Part shown: one piece after another, positions 61,376 to 64,000 of the stretch
Position numbering within the stretch: position 1 is the stretch's first letter
Layout: the number at the start of each line of letters is the position of its first letter
NCBI GenBank assembly: GCA_041640595.1
Contig: JBEPZY010000001.1
Location: 704,001-768,000 of the forward strand
Direction: 5' to 3'
Source: Gemmatales bacterium
GTDB taxonomy: Bacteria > Planctomycetota > Planctomycetia > Gemmatales > HRBIN36
DNA: 64,000 nt
Notes under the pieces: model-generated
Told to the model about the DNA's origin: nothing
The model's database searches: none
What the model saw: the letters and a program-made list of their open reading frames with translations, nothing else
Position numbers and translations under genes: made by a program

Positions 61376-64000
61376 TTATTCGCGGACGGTAATTTCGACC
61401 GGCTTGGCTTCGGCACGGTTCGCTGGGGTGTAGTATTCGTAAGCTACCGTGCTCGGTGTCTTGGCGCGGATCGGATACTTCGGTTTGAGGGTGTATTCAA
61501 AGACTTTCACGTCGCCCGGCTTGACGTCGCCGAGGTACAGCGTTACCACCCGAGGCGTGATGGAGAAGCGTTCGATCTTCTTCTGCGATACCATTTCGGC
61601 AAATTCACCACCATCCACGGTGAAGCCGGGCGGAATGCCCAGGTCCACGATCACCATGTAGGTCGGGACTTCACCGTGATAACGAAGCGTGGCCTTCGCT
61701 TTGAGCGTGTCGGAGGTACGCAATTCGGTGCGGTCGTATTCCACGGACACGTCTATCACCGGCTTCTTCGGTTCAGGACGTTGCGTCCACGGCCGGTAAT
61801 AGCGAGTAACAATCTGGTACATCATGCCCGTTTCTGCGGACACGTTGATCCGCACCTCGTTCAAGCCGGTGCGGAGCTTGTCTTTCGGCACTTCAAACAG
61901 TTGCAGCACGTCGGAATTGTTTTGGGTCACTTCGCCGCTGAACAGTTTTTCGCCGTTGATGGTGACGGTAAAGGTGGCGTCTTTGGTCTGCGTAATGCCG
62001 CCGTAGCTGGCAACCAGAGCTTTGAGAGCGAGAATGGTGGCCTGGGTGCTGCCCCAGGTAGGTCCCTGTTTCGACTTGACCAGATAAGTCAGGGCCTGGT
62101 TGATGCTGTTGGGGTTGAAACCCGCTTTGATCATCGCCAGGGTTGCCAGAGCAGTGGTTTCGACGGCCAGGCTGTCGCCACGGGCGTACGTCAAGCCAAC
62201 GCCTCGCTCGACCGGGAAGCAGATCGCGTTCCATTCCGGTAGAGCCTTGCGAAGATTGTCGAGCGTCCGCAGCACTTCGAGAGTGGTTTCGTGTTTGGGA
62301 TCGTAGCTGGCCAGCGCATTGGCAACCAGTGCCAGCACGTAAGCATTATCGCCCGCTTCGTTGCGATGCTCGCGAATGTAGGCGATAGCCTTGTCCACTT
62401 CCTTACCGCGATAACCGCTTTCGAGTAGCGCCCAGGTCACGTAGCTGGTGAGCAGGAGTTTCGGATTACCCATTCGTTCGATGGTTTCGCCGTGGGTCGC
62501 TCCAATTTGCGACCAGGTGCCGTCAGACTCCTGCTTGCGGAGCAAGAATTGTTGCGTGCGGGTGATGACACCGGTGTCAATGGGATAGACTTTGGCCATG
62601 TCGGTGAATTCCATCAGGCCGTACGCGCTGAGCCAGACGAGAGATTCACCGTTGCCCCACCAATCAAAACCACCGCCGGGTCGTTCGAAGGTGAGGAGCT
62701 TCTGATAGCCGATGTTCAGGTATTGTTCCGCCTTGGCGAGGATTTGCGGGTTGGCCACACGGGCCTTTTTCACGTAGTCCGCGACCAGAATGTTGGGATA
62801 GGCCACGGACGACGTTTGCTCAAATCACCCAAACGGCATGCGGAGCATGCCTTCGACACCTTCAATGACCTGGCTCATCACGCCCGGATAAATCTTGACC
62901 AGGATTTTCGCGGAATCGGGGACAATACCGTCGGGAATTTCCACCTGATGGGTGGCCTGACCGGTGAGCCTGTCGGTGATGGATTTCTCGATTTTTTCGC
63001 CATCGGGCAGCACCTCAATGGTGCGTTTGATGGCATCGCTCATCTGTGTTCCGCGGGCGGTAACCGTCAGCGGGAGGTCACCGATTTTCTTGGCGCGGAA
63101 GCGGAATTTGACCGAGGTAACCTCGTTCGGCTTGAGGGCCACCTTGCGTTCGTAGCCCTGGCCGTCGGTCAGCTCGAACCAGTCCTCCTGCTTGAGTGTC
63201 AGGACTACCGTTTGCTGCTCCTTGAGATAGTTGTAAATGGCAACCGGGAACGCTATTTCGTCGTTCTGGGTCAAAGTACGCGGCAGGTCGAGGTCCACGA
63301 AGAAGTCCTGGAAGACCCGTAACGGAGCCGTGGTGCCGCCCAACAGTCCACCTTTGGAAGATGCCGAGGCAGTCAGTCGCCAGGTGGTGATCGAGTCGGC
63401 CAGTTGCAACGGCAGATGGGCAACGCCTTTCTCGTCGGTAATGAGCTGCGGCTGCCAGAGCAGCGTCTCCGGGAAGTACTCGCGGACGTAGATGGAAGGT
63501 TGTTCGCCAGCTTCACCGCCACCGGCACCGCCAGCGGCACCTTGCAGACCACCACGGTCTGCTGCTGCTGCCGGAGCGGCCAGAGGTATCGCACGAGGAG
63601 CGGCAGGCCTGGCGGCAAATTTCGCCTCACCCGCTGCTCTCAAGAACTCTCGCCCGTCGAGAGCAAGCTCTCGTATATTTACGTCCAGGAAGCGGTTACG
63701 GAGCCTGAGCCGATCCATCAACTCGTTGCCGCGGTAGCTGGCGAGCAGAGCTTTCCGCTCACCGGGCTCCACCCACCACAGATGAACCAATTCCGCCTCG
63801 GTCGGTGTGACCAGTCGAATATCATCGGCGGTGCCGAACTTACCATCCGGACCGGCGGAAACCAGTGCATAATAGGCGAACTGGTCTGCCTGAGCCTCCG
63901 GTTGTTTTTTATCCACAGCGACGAGACGAATTGGTCGGCCCCAGGCATCCTGAAGCTGGCGTTGCAGTTGCCGTTTCTGATCGGCATTGAGCTGAGGAAC
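61376..64000 (-). CDS. Alpha-2-macroglobulin family protein (3' part) with in-frame TGA at the thioester Cys (62827-62825): candidate selenoprotein
   Basis: One frame open from 64000: VREYFPETLLWQP, LADSITTWR, VFQDFFVDLDLP, RMPFG-[TGA]-FEQTSSVAYPN, GYQKLLTF, GGFDWWG, WGSTQAT, YEYYTP. Confidence 0.9.
62772..62815 (-). promoter_or_regulatory. Candidate SECIS hairpin of the alpha-2-macroglobulin gene
   Basis: 9 nt after UGA: ACGU-c-GUCCGUGGCC-[14-nt loop]-GGUCGCGGAC-u-ACGU (4+10 bp including two G-U pairs). The loop lacks the usual leading G. Confidence 0.45.

Noticed and set aside
61376..63916. Alpha-2-macroglobulin as a pseudogene or two separate genes
   Set aside because: The single stop falls exactly on the catalytic Cys column with no other visible decay, in a Sec-using organism. 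Disfavoured but not formally excluded.
1..64000. Genome-wide UGA reassignment (code 4/25)
   Set aside because: TGA ends many conserved genes at normal C-termini; internal TGAs occur only in Cys-like contexts.

Overview
64-kb chromosomal window from a GC-rich bacterium, very probably a planctomycete (two DUF1559 prepilin-like genes, a TIGR03067 protein, a BBP7-type beta-barrel and an LExLExRxxP-type export motif). Most genes are housekeeping or metabolic: glmS, uxaA, korAB flanked by CBS proteins, dtd, GH57, argBDF, lhr, aor, a UbiA/MqnP-like prenyltransferase and a giant secretin. The main hidden signal is selenocysteine recoding that the ORF track misses. Four in-frame TGA codons interrupt otherwise continuous genes, each followed by a hairpin: SelD (CAGU-AGK), a SelW/Rdx protein (CYQU), a secreted Pro-rich protein next to selD (CSGSTU), and an alpha-2-macroglobulin whose thioester motif reads G-U-F-E-Q instead of G-C-x-E-Q, i.e. 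a candidate selenoester protease trap. Also notable are fwdC/fwdD/fwdB with an apparently intact Mo/W-ligand Cys, and a ~1-kb REP-like palindromic mosaic array with compensatory stem changes. All calls come from reading motifs by eye; no searches were run.
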